Shown one piece after another: positions 50,288 to 60,597 of a stretch of 64,000 nt of DNA; position 1 is the first letter of the stretch, and every line of letters starts with the position of its first letter. The notes beneath the pieces were generated by a model. It made no database searches. It had not been told where the DNA came from and saw only the letters and a program-made list of their open reading frames with translations. Source of the stretch: Gemmatimonadota bacterium (GTDB lineage Bacteria; JBHIER01; G020348925); the NCBI GenBank assembly GCA_020348925.1, contig CP070758.1:496001-560000 (forward strand), given 5' to 3'. The position numbers and the translations under genes were made by a program.

Positions 50288-52600
50288 TCACATTTGAAAC
50301 AGATATTGCAGCTTGACGAAAAACTGCCGCGAGGTCAAACGGGTCGAGCATTCGGTTCCATCAATCCCCAGACCGTTATATTTACAGTAGTCGTACGTCG
50401 TTCCAAAGTAGAAAAGAGAGAAAGGACTCAACCGGTAGGTCAACAGCGGGTCAACATCCCAGGTTTCATAGAAGTCGTTGTACTGTATGACCCAGCGTAA
50501 TGACAGTTCCCTTGTAATTTGATAATACAGCCGTGTCCTGAAAATGGATCCTTCGAAGAGACTCTCGTCGGACTCGAGATCGTTACTGGTCGCATATGTA
50601 AAAGAGGGTTCGAGGAGTAACCTGCGGGTCGGTCTGATGTAACCGTAGAGATCAATTTGGCTTTCCTTTCCCATGACCGGAGGGTTTTCCAGACGGGCGA
50701 TCCGATGGCCGTAGTCCATTGAAAATTCCAGGGAGAGCATTTCGCTGAAATTCCTGGATGCATAGAGATTTCCATTCCATATGTTTTGAAACCGTATTCC
50801 TTTCAACCGCTCTGCTCTTCGTGCATATGAACAAGAGACGGTCACCTGACCTTTGAGCTGAACAGCGATCTCGCCTTTGATCACTTCTATCTTCGGCGTG
50901 CCGTTGAAATTCCATCGTTTTCCAAAGTAGGCATTCGGCTTGATACGCTCGACGGCACTGTTCTCAAAGTAAAAAGTGTATGTCGTCGTGAGCTCTGTCT
51001 GTCGCCAATTGTTGCTGGGGCGATAACCGAGATCGGCGCGGTACGTGGGGCTGAATTCCCAGTAGGTGGCGTCGAAATCGAGATGGCGGGAGCGCTCTTC
51101 GAGGTTGATTGTGAGAGCGTGTCCTGCGAAAGATTCACCGTCAAAAGCGGCCGTATGCGAGCCACCGTCGAAGGTGGAATCGATCACATCATCTTGGATA
51201 AGTTCTTCGATATCCTCTGAGAGCTTCTCGTCCTCCGGCTCCATCGTGTAACTGCCAATCACCTGGCCCTGCAATCGAAAGTTCTTGTGCAGGTATATCT
51301 GACTGTCAAAGCTCGCAAGCGTACCTGAGCCGCCTCCGTCCAGGCGGCGATCGGTCACCAGAAGTCCGGCGTGAGAATCCGTGCCGAAAGTCCTTTTCAT
51401 CCTGAGAACGTTTGAACAGCTTTTTCCGGCTGAAAGAAGCCCGCTGCTCTCCTCAAAGGGCAGTACTATTGGCGAGTCCTCATCGCGCGCCACCACATAG
51501 GCGTAACTCGTCTTATTCATTCGCCCCGTCATCTTCGCCGCCAACCGGGGATTGTTGATTGTCCGGGTGTAAAAGGTAATGATCCACGTATTGAACAGGT
51601 CGCTGCCCTCCTGGAAAAAAGGCCGTCGCTCCGGGTAAAACAGGGCGAAGGTGGTATTGACGTCTATCTGGTCGGCGTCCGCTTCGACCTGACTGAAATC
51701 CGGATTCACGGTCGCTTCAACGGCGATATTAGAGGTCGGCTCGAAGGTGGCACTCATTGAAAGCTCCCCCTCGGGGTCGCCATTCTCAAATCTGAAGGGC
51801 GAATCGGCGGTTCCGCCTCCGTTCAGGGCGCCTGACTGGTAACTGATGAGGCTCGGCAGGATTTCGACACCTTTTCCCGGCTCTATGTTCCGGATCCCCT
51901 CAATGGTTCCCCACTGACACGGCCGGCAGGGCTCGTTTCGGTCGTAAGCCGCCCAGGAATATTCGCGCCAGCTCTGGCGCGGGTGAATGCGATAAAAGTC
52001 GACCTTCCAGACCTGCTCCTGCTGATTGGGAAAACGGAGGCTGGAGAAGGGGACGGCGATCTCCACCTGGTAGCCGAAATCCGTGATCTCCCCCGCCGAC
52101 TCCCAGATCACGTCGTACCCGATGTCCCAACCGCCGCTGCGCGACCACAGCCAGTCGCACTGGATCCCGTAGGGATTGGCCATAAGCTCATAGGCCCACG
52201 CGGCGTCGCCGTAGGTATCGATCAAAAGCTCGACAACGTCGTTGCCCCGCAGTTGATCCCGGTCACAGTATGTGGCCCGAACCGCTGCCGGATCGTCGTA
52301 ACAGAGAAAGGCGACGTACAGATGTTGATCGTCATAGGTTATGAGGGCTTTTGTCTCCACCGGAGGTTTCGTTTGATCACCGGGCTCGTGTTCGGCAAAA
52401 TTGTCCGCCACAGCGGCCCCATGCCAGCCGGGATCGTCCAGCCGTCCGTCGATCTTTACGATCCCAGCAGCCGGCTTTACTTCGAGCGTGGGATTGAATA
52501 CAGGAGTGAAGGTGTCACTGTTTTCAGAACTTGAGGTGAGTGACACCGTTGCTAAGAGAAACAAGGCTGCCATTACTGGAGAGATGCTTTTGCGTTTCAT
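50288..52600 (-). CDS. CBM9-like / DUF5916 outer-membrane protein
   Basis: IDGRLDDPGW, EIAVPFSSLRF, TVNPDFSQVEAD, FYPERRPFFQEG, FFVKLQYLF; start at MKRKS after GGAG. Confidence 0.85.
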   Translation of the reverse strand: MKRKSISPVMAALFLLATVSLTSSSENSDTFTPVFNPTLEVKPAAGIVKIDGRLDDPGWHGAAVADNFAEHEPGDQTKPPVETKALITYDDQHLYVAFLCYDDPAAVRATYCDRDQLRGNDVVELLIDTYGDAAWAYELMANPYGIQCDWLWSRSGGWDIGYDVIWESAGEITDFGYQVEIAVPFSSLRFPNQQEQVWKVDFYRIHPRQSWREYSWAAYDRNEPCRPCQWGTIEGIRNIEPGKGVEILPSLISYQSGALNGGGTADSPFRFENGDPEGELSMSATFEPTSNIAVEATVNPDFSQVEADADQIDVNTTFALFYPERRPFFQEGSDLFNTWIITFYTRTINNPRLAAKMTGRMNKTSYAYVVARDEDSPIVLPFEESSGLLSAGKSCSNVLRMKRTFGTDSHAGLLVTDRRLDGGGSGTLASFDSQIYLHKNFRLQGQVIGSYTMEPEDEKLSEDIEELIQDDVIDSTFDGGSHTAAFDGESFAGHALTINLEERSRHLDFDATYWEFSPTYRADLGYRPSNNWRQTELTTTYTFYFENSAVERIKPNAYFGKRWNFNGTPKIEVIKGEIAVQLKGQVTVSCSYARRAERLKGIRFQNIWNGNLYASRNFSEMLSLEFSMDYGHRIARLENPPVMGKESQIDLYGYIRPTRRLLLEPSFTYATSNDLESDESLFEGSIFRTRLYYQITRELSLRWVIQYNDFYETWDVDPLLTYRLSPFSLFYFGTTYDYCKYNGLGIDGTECSTRLTSRQFFVKLQYLFQM

Positions 52601-52755
52601 TTGTCTCCTCCTTGTTCTTCGGGCTTTGTTTGTCAGGCGATATACATTCGAATTTTTACGGTTCATATTGTTGCAAGTTGCAACTATTTTATTGCTTTTC
52701 ACGGCAGCCGCAGTGTTGTGGCGTTGTACAGTCCTGTTGAGCTGGATATGAATTC

Positions 52756-53124
52756 TCAGTCGCCCAGGGGATGTACCTGGCTGTCTTCGACCATCAGCAT
52801 GACGGCGCCCTCGGGAGCCCGTGTCCGATGTTCAACTCCCTTCGGCACTGTATACCCTTGATGAGGATTGAGCTCGACCGTGTCACCTTCCACATCGAGC
52901 ACAAGCCTCCCCTTCAAGACAAAGAAAAACTCATCGGTCTGTTCGTGCTTATGCCAGTGGAACTCACCCCGGACGATGCCCAGTCGAACAACGCAATCGT
53001 TGACCTGGCACAGCGTCTGATTGAACCATTCTTCCCTGCACGAGGTCACTATGCTCGGGACGTCAATCAGTTCGGAATACCCGTACTTCGTATTCAGGTC
53101 AATTTTGCAATTTTGTGATTTCAT
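52756..53124 (-). CDS. Cupin domain protein
   Basis: GEFHWHKHEQTDEFFFVLKG...VPKGVEHR. Confidence 0.9.
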   Translation of the reverse strand: MKSQNCKIDLNTKYGYSELIDVPSIVTSCREEWFNQTLCQVNDCVVRLGIVRGEFHWHKHEQTDEFFFVLKGRLVLDVEGDTVELNPHQGYTVPKGVEHRTRAPEGAVMLMVEDSQVHPLGD

Positions 53125-53182
53125 GAAACCTCCTTTTTTGTTAATTCATTCTTACTGCTTTAAAGAGGCGTTCGATACGACG

Positions 53183-53848
53183 TCAATACCCCAGTTCTTC
53201 GCCGACCAAGACGACGGTGATGCGATCTGGAGACATGCTCGATTCGATGACGACGAGCTGGCTGCAGATCCTGTTGGGAGGGGTGCAGTGGGGGTCCTTG
53301 CAGAAACCGAACCGTGAGCAGGGCGTTTCGACATTTACGCGAATTGAGTCCAGGGGCGCGGCGGTCGTTTTTATTCTGGCAACGGCATCTTCGACAGTCG
53401 ATACGACTTTGTTCATGCCCACCATGAGGATCACCCTCTTGGGTCCGAAGATCATACAGGCCACACGATTCCCAATGCCGTCCTGATTGACCAGTTGTCC
53501 GTCAGCCGTGATGGCGTTGCTGCTAGCAATAAAGACATCGGACAGCAGCCCCGTCCGCCGCATTTCATTGACCTCATCACGGGTAACGCCGTCCTTGTAC
53601 CGGTCGAGAAGCCTGATGTTCATCTTTCTGAGCGCGTCCACCAGACCCGACTCGATGATGGTTTCCGAACCGCCCAGGCCGACCAGCGCACCGTCCGGAA
53701 TTTTCGCGCAAATTTCCCGAACGGCGATTTCGCTGTTCTCACAGTATATCCCTGTCATGTTTCTTCTCTTGAGGTTTTTGATGATCTGCTCCGCCTGATT
53801 TTTGTAGATCGTCTCCTTGGGATTCGAGAATGCGTCTTTCGTCTCCAT
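53183..53848 (-). CDS. LUD-domain (lactate utilisation-like) protein
   Basis: VGLGGSET, SSNAITADGQLVNQDGIGNRVA, GMNKVV, GEELGY. Confidence 0.85.
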   Translation of the reverse strand: METKDAFSNPKETIYKNQAEQIIKNLKRRNMTGIYCENSEIAVREICAKIPDGALVGLGGSETIIESGLVDALRKMNIRLLDRYKDGVTRDEVNEMRRTGLLSDVFIASSNAITADGQLVNQDGIGNRVACMIFGPKRVILMVGMNKVVSTVEDAVARIKTTAAPLDSIRVNVETPCSRFGFCKDPHCTPPNRICSQLVVIESSMSPDRITVVLVGEELGY

Positions 53849-53984
53849 TATTACGGCTCCTTTCGAAAACGAGGTTTTGTGATCAATGATTTTACTCACT
53901 CCATGAGGTTGATCCTGTTCTCCGACCCCTTTCGTATGGCAGCAATTGATCTTCATGAGTAACACCTCCAAACGTATCGCAGAG

Positions 53985-54881
53985 TTAACAATTCTGTCGA
54001 CGATTCGTGAACCAGATTCCGGAGAGGATCAGGATCGTTCCTGCAATTAGGGACCAATCCAATCCTTCTCCTAAAAAGATGATACCGAGGCTCACTCCTA
54101 TGACGGGAATGAGATACGTAATTGTGGAAGCACGGGTCGGGCCGAGGGAATGAATCAAGTGATAGAAGATTATCCAGCCCAGACCTGAGCTGAGTGCTCC
54201 CAGCCAGAGGATGGCCGTCCACGTTATTGTTCTTGCCGGTAACGTGAAAGGGATTTCAATCGAGAGGGTAATTGGCCACATCACGATATTGGCCAGGAGC
54301 ATGGTATAAAACGTCAGAAGGATCGGCGGGATGCCGCGAAACTTCGCCCGGGCGTACACATTTGAGGCACCATAGAAGGCCGACGACAATAGCAATGCAC
54401 CGTGGCCCAGCAGCATCAGGCACAGTGCTTCTCTGGCTATACTGAAAGATGAGATGAGTTCATCGTGGACGAGCACGATGACACCGAAAAATCCTAAGAG
54501 CAAACCCTGGACCCGCCGGACCGTCATCCGATCGTCGTCCAGGAAAACGTGGGCCACGAGAATCGTGAACAAGGGAACCGTGGCGTTGAGCACCGTAGCC
54601 ACCGTCGAATCGATGTGCTGCTCCGCCCAGAAGATGAGGATCCAGGGAATCGCCATCGCGATCAGTCCCTGGATGAGCAGGTGTGAGCACATCTTCAAAC
54701 TGCTGGGTGTTTCCGGTTTGCCACGTACGAAGAATACGAACGTCGCCAACAGCCCCGTCAGAAGCCGAAGCGTCACGACAGTCAGGGGGCTGCTCTCCTG
54801 AACGGCGATCTTTATCCAGAGAAACGATGACCCCCAGAGACAGGCGAGCGTTATAAAGACTGACCACTGTTTAGCGTTCAT
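53985..54881 (-). CDS. EamA / DMT family transporter
   Basis: LWGSSFLWIKIA, LNATVPLFT, LGPTRASTITYLIPV; about 10 TM segments. Confidence 0.92.
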   Translation of the reverse strand: MNAKQWSVFITLACLWGSSFLWIKIAVQESSPLTVVTLRLLTGLLATFVFFVRGKPETPSSLKMCSHLLIQGLIAMAIPWILIFWAEQHIDSTVATVLNATVPLFTILVAHVFLDDDRMTVRRVQGLLLGFFGVIVLVHDELISSFSIAREALCLMLLGHGALLLSSAFYGASNVYARAKFRGIPPILLTFYTMLLANIVMWPITLSIEIPFTLPARTITWTAILWLGALSSGLGWIIFYHLIHSLGPTRASTITYLIPVIGVSLGIIFLGEGLDWSLIAGTILILSGIWFTNRRQNC

Positions 54882-55111
54882 AGGAACTCGATCGTTTCGT
54901 GTTCGACAGACACAAGCTGCACTTTCCTCCGAGACGGGATCGCACAGGATACGTACCCTGTGCGGAAAAATGGAAGGGGATATATATCCCTATCCCAATT
55001 ATCGGCCGGCGTACACATACCGGGCGATCAAGGTTTTTCCGCACCTCTGCTCCCGCTTCGATGACCTTGATGGGATAACTCGAAGCGGATGGCACGGACT
55101 CCTAAGACATG

Positions 55112-55891
55112 TCACAGCAGCGCCGGCACGTGGCCGCCATCGATGACGATACTTTGACCGGTGATGTAGCCTGCCTGACGTGAACACAAGAAGGCACACA
55201 ACGCACCGAACTCCTCGATAGTACCCAGCCGCTTCATTGGTCCTCTCTCGGCGTAACGCTGGACGGCCTCATCCGGAGGGAGATCCCCACGCCCGATGAC
55301 ATGCGGCGCGAATCGCCGCAAGAGGTCCGTGTCGAATGGTCCCGGTAAAATGGAGTTTACCGTAACTCCCGCTGCCCCCACCTCACGAGCGCGTGTTCCA
55401 AGTGCGCCCAGCAGACCGGGCTTTATACCGTTCGATAGCGGAGTACCGGTAGTGATCTCCTTCGCAGAAATCGAGCTGATGTTGACTATACGACCGTATC
55501 CCTCTTCGATCATGTCAGGCAGACACCGCTGGACCAGGTCCAGCGCGGACAGCATAACGAGCTCGAAGGCCGCACGCCAGTCCTTTTTGCTCTTGCTCAT
55601 GAATGTCCCTGGCGGCGGTCCGTCGATGTTGGTGACCAGTATCGATATCGTCCCGAGGCGGGCTCGTGCTTCCTTGAATAGGCGCGCGCGCTCTACGGCC
55701 CGGCTTACGTCGGCCTGCACGAAATGTGCCTTTTCCCCCAGTTTTGATTCCGCGTCGAGGCCTCGTTCCGTATTGCGACCGTTTATGACGACACGCACTC
55801 CTTCGGCTGCCAACGCCGCGGCGCATCCGAATCCGAGTCCCCGCGTACTCGACATCAAGAGCGCTGTCTTTTCCGCAATTCCAAAGTCCAT
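55112..55891 (-). CDS. Short-chain dehydrogenase/reductase
   Basis: SSTRGLG, GRIVNISS, VTVNSILPG, YITGQSIVIDGG. Confidence 0.92.
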   Translation of the reverse strand: MDFGIAEKTALLMSSTRGLGFGCAAALAAEGVRVVINGRNTERGLDAESKLGEKAHFVQADVSRAVERARLFKEARARLGTISILVTNIDGPPPGTFMSKSKKDWRAAFELVMLSALDLVQRCLPDMIEEGYGRIVNISSISAKEITTGTPLSNGIKPGLLGALGTRAREVGAAGVTVNSILPGPFDTDLLRRFAPHVIGRGDLPPDEAVQRYAERGPMKRLGTIEEFGALCAFLCSRQAGYITGQSIVIDGGHVPALL

Positions 55892-56064
55892 GGGGCAACC
55901 TCCGAAATCTTGCCAAGCAGATGATTGTGTCTCACCTCTTGAACCCTAACTTGTTCTTCTGATATTGTCGTCGTTGTATTCACGACCTTCAGGTCCGTAA
56001 GCGTAGCCCTATTATGATGCATAATGGTTCGTAAAAGTTACCTGATTGTGATGCGTACTCTGCA

Positions 56065-56952
56065 TCAGCCCCACCGCCCTTCCGCAATGGGGACGACCTT
56101 ACCGCCGACAAAGATCTCGAGACCTTCATCCCGTCCCTGTGCCCGGAGAGAAATGTGCGACGGCCTTCCGATCTCATATCCCTGACCCGTGGCCAGATCG
56201 ATTCTGTCAGATTTGAGATAACGATTTTTTACAAGGTAGGCGGCCAAGCATCCGTTGCCGCTGCCTGTTGCCGGATCTTCGGAAATCCCGAGACAGATGG
56301 GAAAGACACGGACGCCGAATTCTTGCCCTTCCGAATACCCTTCCGGGCAGAAGGTCAGTATGATTTTGGCCCATGACTCCCTGATGAGCTCATCGTAGAG
56401 CTCCCTCCTTATCGAGACCCGTTTTAATGCGTCGAGAGACGTCAGGGGGACGACAATAAAGGGTAAACCGGTGGATACTTCTTCGATGGGCCAGCGGACG
56501 TCGATGTCGTCTTCCTTCAGACTCAGAACTTTTGCCATGGGCTCGACATCCATGATTTTACCGAAGGTCGGCTCGGCCTGCTTCATCCAGAGCGTCCCGT
56601 CTCCGTTCCCCTCCGGAAATTCAACCGGAACCTGGCCCACCTTGAGATTCAATACGACTCTGTTCACTGGTTGTTGCATGATGTGTTTCCGGATGATGTA
56701 GGCGGTTCCCAGGGTCGGATGACCGGCAAAATCGATCTCGGCCATCGGCGTGAAGATGCGCACATTATATCCGCCATCCTGCGGCTCGTCGGACAGGATA
56801 AAGGTCGTCTCCGAGAAATTGATCTCGCGAGCTATGCGCTGCATCTCCTCATCCGACAGAGAGGCGCAATGGGTGAAGGTCGCCAGTTGATTGCCGGAAT
56901 ACTTCCCCTGACTGAAAACGTCGGTAAAGAAAAATTTTGGTTGAGAATTCAT
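56065..56952 (-). CDS. PhzF family epimerase/isomerase
   Basis: DVF...GNQLA, EINFSETTF, FAGHPTLG, EDPATGS. Confidence 0.93.
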   Translation of the reverse strand: MNSQPKFFFTDVFSQGKYSGNQLATFTHCASLSDEEMQRIAREINFSETTFILSDEPQDGGYNVRIFTPMAEIDFAGHPTLGTAYIIRKHIMQQPVNRVVLNLKVGQVPVEFPEGNGDGTLWMKQAEPTFGKIMDVEPMAKVLSLKEDDIDVRWPIEEVSTGLPFIVVPLTSLDALKRVSIRRELYDELIRESWAKIILTFCPEGYSEGQEFGVRVFPICLGISEDPATGSGNGCLAAYLVKNRYLKSDRIDLATGQGYEIGRPSHISLRAQGRDEGLEIFVGGKVVPIAEGRWG

Positions 56953-57023
56953 CCGTCTCCTCCTTTTTTATTTTTCTGTTGCAATGATATATTTTTTTCA
57001 TTAATATTGCAAATATTGTTTTA

Positions 57024-57038
57024 GTATCGGATTAATAC
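57024..57038. promoter_or_regulatory. Putative LysR binding box
   Basis: GTAT-CGGATTA-ATAC (T-N11-A dyad) in the divergent phzF-like/lysR intergenic region. Confidence 0.5.
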
Positions 57039-57052
57039 CCTGGAGGTATAAG

Positions 57053-57934
57053 ATGGAACTACGGCATTTGCGGTATTTTTTGACCTTGGCGGACGAGTTG
57101 CATTTCGGAAGAGCCGCCGAAAAATTGTTCATGGCCCAACCTCCCTTGAGCCGGCAGATCAAACTGCTGGAGGAGGAACTGGGCGTTGAGCTGTTCAACA
57201 GGACGAAAAAGAGCGTTCAGTTAACACCCTACGGTAAATACCTGAGGGAGGAGGCCGTCAAAATATTCCGACAAATGGAAATAATGAAAAATCGGTTGGA
57301 TTTGCTGAAAGAGGGCGTTATCGGTCAGATAAAAATCGGCTACGTGGGATCGGCCATGCATTCCCTGCTGCCGGAAGTGCTCTCATTATTGAATCGAAAA
57401 TATTCGGAGATTGATACCTTTCTATCGGAATTGGACAACGATGGCCAGATCGAGGCTTTGAGAAACGGCAATATCGATGTGGGCTTTGTCAGGCCTCCCA
57501 TCAAAGCCGACGACATCTCTATAAAACCGATCTGTTCGGAAACCTTCTCCGTGATCGTGCCTTTTTCGCATCCGTTGGCCAAATCGAAAAAAATACATCT
57601 GGAGCAATTGGCGGACGAGCCCTTCGTCAGCTTCTGCCGTCAGTGCGGTCCCTCGTTGTTCGACAAGACGGTCAGTATCTGCAACAGGGTTGGATTTTTC
57701 CCGAAGATCGTTCACGAAACGAGCCAGATCAATTCTCTGGTCAGGCTTGTCGAGAGCAACATGGGCTACTCCATTGTTCCCACAGGCGTGAAATCGGGGT
57801 ATAATCTACGGGTAAAATTTTATGAACTCGATCAATTCCCCGAACGGGCCGAGCTGGCCTTGGCTTACAATCCCAATCATCTCACGGCCACAACCGAAAA
57901 AGTGATCGACTTGATTTCGAACTTTTGTTCTTAG
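57053..57934 (+). CDS. LysR family transcriptional regulator
   Basis: MELRHLRYF...HFGRAAEKLFMAQPPLSRQIKLLEEELGVELFNR. Confidence 0.96.
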   Translation: MELRHLRYFLTLADELHFGRAAEKLFMAQPPLSRQIKLLEEELGVELFNRTKKSVQLTPYGKYLREEAVKIFRQMEIMKNRLDLLKEGVIGQIKIGYVGSAMHSLLPEVLSLLNRKYSEIDTFLSELDNDGQIEALRNGNIDVGFVRPPIKADDISIKPICSETFSVIVPFSHPLAKSKKIHLEQLADEPFVSFCRQCGPSLFDKTVSICNRVGFFPKIVHETSQINSLVRLVESNMGYSIVPTGVKSGYNLRVKFYELDQFPERAELALAYNPNHLTATTEKVIDLISNFCS

Positions 57935-58294
57935 AATTCGTTAGCGATTCCAATACCATTCATTAGAGATAGCCGCAGCTTGATCGTCTTCAGTCGTTTT
58001 GGCCCCGTCAGGTCTTAAATGGACGGTGGTACAGAAAGCGATTTAAAATACCATAATTTAGAAAGAAAAGATGTGATTTTGATGGTTTGATCCTGAAGGC
58101 AACTGGCCAGTTTTCAAGTGCCCACTGACAGAAAACTTAATTTTGAAAGGTTGACCCTGAATAATTTCTGTCACAGTCAACCATCTTAAGGTGTCAAAGG
58201 ATTGAAGTGAAAGAGGCGCATGTATTGAGAGAACCTTTTGAACCGGCAATGATTAGAAACGCGGTTTTCAATTACATGGAAGGAGACGTGCGAG

Positions 58295-59296
58295 ATGAAA
58301 GTAAGAAAAATCAGTTGCTTGCTTCTTCAATCACTCGTAATTCTATTCACTGTGTTCTCCGGGATTACCATCTTGTATGGTCAGTCATTTCATTTTGACT
58401 TTGAAGATGGTTACCAGGAATGGAAAGCGGATTTCGCTGATTATCCCGTTGGGGACAGTGCACATTGGAACCTCAACCATTTTCATCAGGCGATGCCCGA
58501 TATTGTCCCTGTTCAGAATGGACTCAGAATGGTGGGAGACAATTTTTCCGATGATCTCTTTTTCTTTATGAAAAGAAAGATCGAAGGGTTACATCCAAAC
58601 ACTAAATTTCAAATCATTTTTTCGATAGACGTAGTTACGAATATGCCGCCGAACGCAATAGGTGGTTCAGATCTCATGCTGAAAGCCGGGGCCACGATCA
58701 TTGAACCCAAAAAAATTGTTGTTGACGAGGATGGAATCCAGTATTACAGAATGAATATTAACAAAGATAGCCAGTCGCAGCCCGGTACGGACATGGATAC
58801 GTTGGGACATGTACACCATGACGTGACAGACAACTTCGATTATCATATAGCCAACTATCAAAATGGAATGGAACCATTTGAAATCACATCGGATTCAAAC
58901 GGTGAATTGTGGGTGATAATCGGGGCAGAGAGTCAATTTGAAGGTCCGGCTGAATTCTTGATAGCACATACTGAATGTACTTTAGAGAATAGAACTTCGA
59001 TAGAAGACCATGAAAAACATAAAGAAATACCTGCAGATTTTGAACTTTTCCAGAACCATCCAAATCCTTTCAATCCGCATACAGAGATTGCGTTCGGGTT
59101 GCCCGAAGATACTCCGATTCGATTGGTTGTTTACAATACCTTGGGACAGGAAGTGGACATACTGGTACATTCGGTCATGGAGGCCGGTCATCAAAAGGTG
59201 ATGTGGGATGCTTCCAACTATGCCAGCGGGATCTATTTTTATAGACTTTTAGCTGGTGATTTTACATTCATCAGGAAAATGATTTTGCTCAAGTGA
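58295..59296 (+). CDS. Secreted protein with C-terminal sorting domain
   Basis: Signal peptide; W.ADFADYP / NFSDDLF domain; QNHPNPFNP...SGIYFYRL...RKMILLK. Confidence 0.82.
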   Translation: MKVRKISCLLLQSLVILFTVFSGITILYGQSFHFDFEDGYQEWKADFADYPVGDSAHWNLNHFHQAMPDIVPVQNGLRMVGDNFSDDLFFFMKRKIEGLHPNTKFQIIFSIDVVTNMPPNAIGGSDLMLKAGATIIEPKKIVVDEDGIQYYRMNINKDSQSQPGTDMDTLGHVHHDVTDNFDYHIANYQNGMEPFEITSDSNGELWVIIGAESQFEGPAEFLIAHTECTLENRTSIEDHEKHKEIPADFELFQNHPNPFNPHTEIAFGLPEDTPIRLVVYNTLGQEVDILVHSVMEAGHQKVMWDASNYASGIYFYRLLAGDFTFIRKMILLK

Positions 59297-59493
59297 TTTC
59301 TTTCAAAATCGATTGAAACAGTATCGTTAATAATATTCCTTTTCAAGGGAAGATGTTGAATAAGGTTCGAAAAATGCTACGATTGTATTTAGAAACAACG
59401 CTTTTCGCATAAGCATCCGGCTCCATATCTTCGGGAATCTTCTCAGGGAGATAACAACACAAATCGCTTCTGCGCAATGAGAGGAGATGTGCT

Positions 59494-60597
59494 ATGAAAA
59501 AGTGTTATATAATTGCAGGGACGATCGTTTTGTTGTTTTGTCTGAGATTTTTTGTCTCGGCACAACTGTTTGATAACGACAGAACGAAAGGGGATGTCAA
59601 TGGAGATGGCGTCGTAAATATCCTGGATGCGATACGCAGCGTGGAAATTGTCTTGGGGATCCAGTCTCCACCCAGCCAAGATGAGCTTTGGGCTGCTGAT
59701 TGCAATGGAGATGAACAGATCAATGTTCTTGATGTATTAGGCGTTGTCAATGTCGCTTTAGAGATAGGAACATGCCTTTCCTCGTGCGAGGAACTCGATT
59801 GTGACGATGGCAATCCATGTACTGAGGACTACTGTGATTCTTTACTCATTCGGTGTGTGCACAATTCGTTGCCCTCTGGAATGTCTTGCGATGATGGTGA
59901 TCCCTGTACTGAGAATGACATATGCCAGAATGGAATCTGTGTAGGAACGCCCACGGACTGCATCGATAGAGACGGGATTACCTATCAGACGGTCATGATC
60001 GGCGATCAATGTTGGATGGCTGAAAACTTGAAGGTGACACACTACCGGAACGGCGATCCCATACCCAATGTCACTGTTGATACAGAGTGGGCGAATTTGA
60101 CAAGCGGGGCTTACTGCGATTATGACAATAATGCTGATAATGTGTCTGTGTATGGGCGACTGTACAACTGGTACGCAGTGGACGACAACCGCAATATCGC
60201 CCCCGAAGGCTGGCATGTGCCCAGCGATGATGAGTGGAAGCAGCTGGAGCTGTATCTGGGGATGAGCCAGTCGGAGGCTGATGATACAGGATATCGTGGG
60301 ACAGACCAGGGTGGCAAATTAAAGGCGACGGGGACGATTGAAGAGGGGACAGGGCAGTGGCATGCTCCAAACGCTGGAGCTACAAATGAAACCGATTTTT
60401 CCGCGATGCCTGGTGGGGCCTGTTACAGCGAGGATGGGACCTTTAATAATCTGGGTTTCCACGCCCCCTTCTGGTCTTCGACAAAGGGCGGGAGTAACAC
60501 TGCCTGGGGCCGGAGCCTGGGTTGCGTCAGTGCAGAGGTTTGCCGCAACAACGTCGATATGCAGTATGGTTTTTCCGTGCGTTGTGTGAGGGATTGA
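59494..60597 (+). CDS. Secreted dockerin + Cys-rich repeat + FISUMP (Fib_succ_major) domain protein
   Basis: GDVNGDGVVNILD...WAADCNGDEQINVLD; CDDGNPCTED repeats; IGDQCWMAENL, YGRLYNWYAV, PEGWHVPS, GFSVRCVRD. Confidence 0.9.
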   Translation: MKKCYIIAGTIVLLFCLRFFVSAQLFDNDRTKGDVNGDGVVNILDAIRSVEIVLGIQSPPSQDELWAADCNGDEQINVLDVLGVVNVALEIGTCLSSCEELDCDDGNPCTEDYCDSLLIRCVHNSLPSGMSCDDGDPCTENDICQNGICVGTPTDCIDRDGITYQTVMIGDQCWMAENLKVTHYRNGDPIPNVTVDTEWANLTSGAYCDYDNNADNVSVYGRLYNWYAVDDNRNIAPEGWHVPSDDEWKQLELYLGMSQSEADDTGYRGTDQGGKLKATGTIEEGTGQWHAPNAGATNETDFSAMPGGACYSEDGTFNNLGFHAPFWSSTKGGSNTAWGRSLGCVSAEVCRNNVDMQYGFSVRCVRD

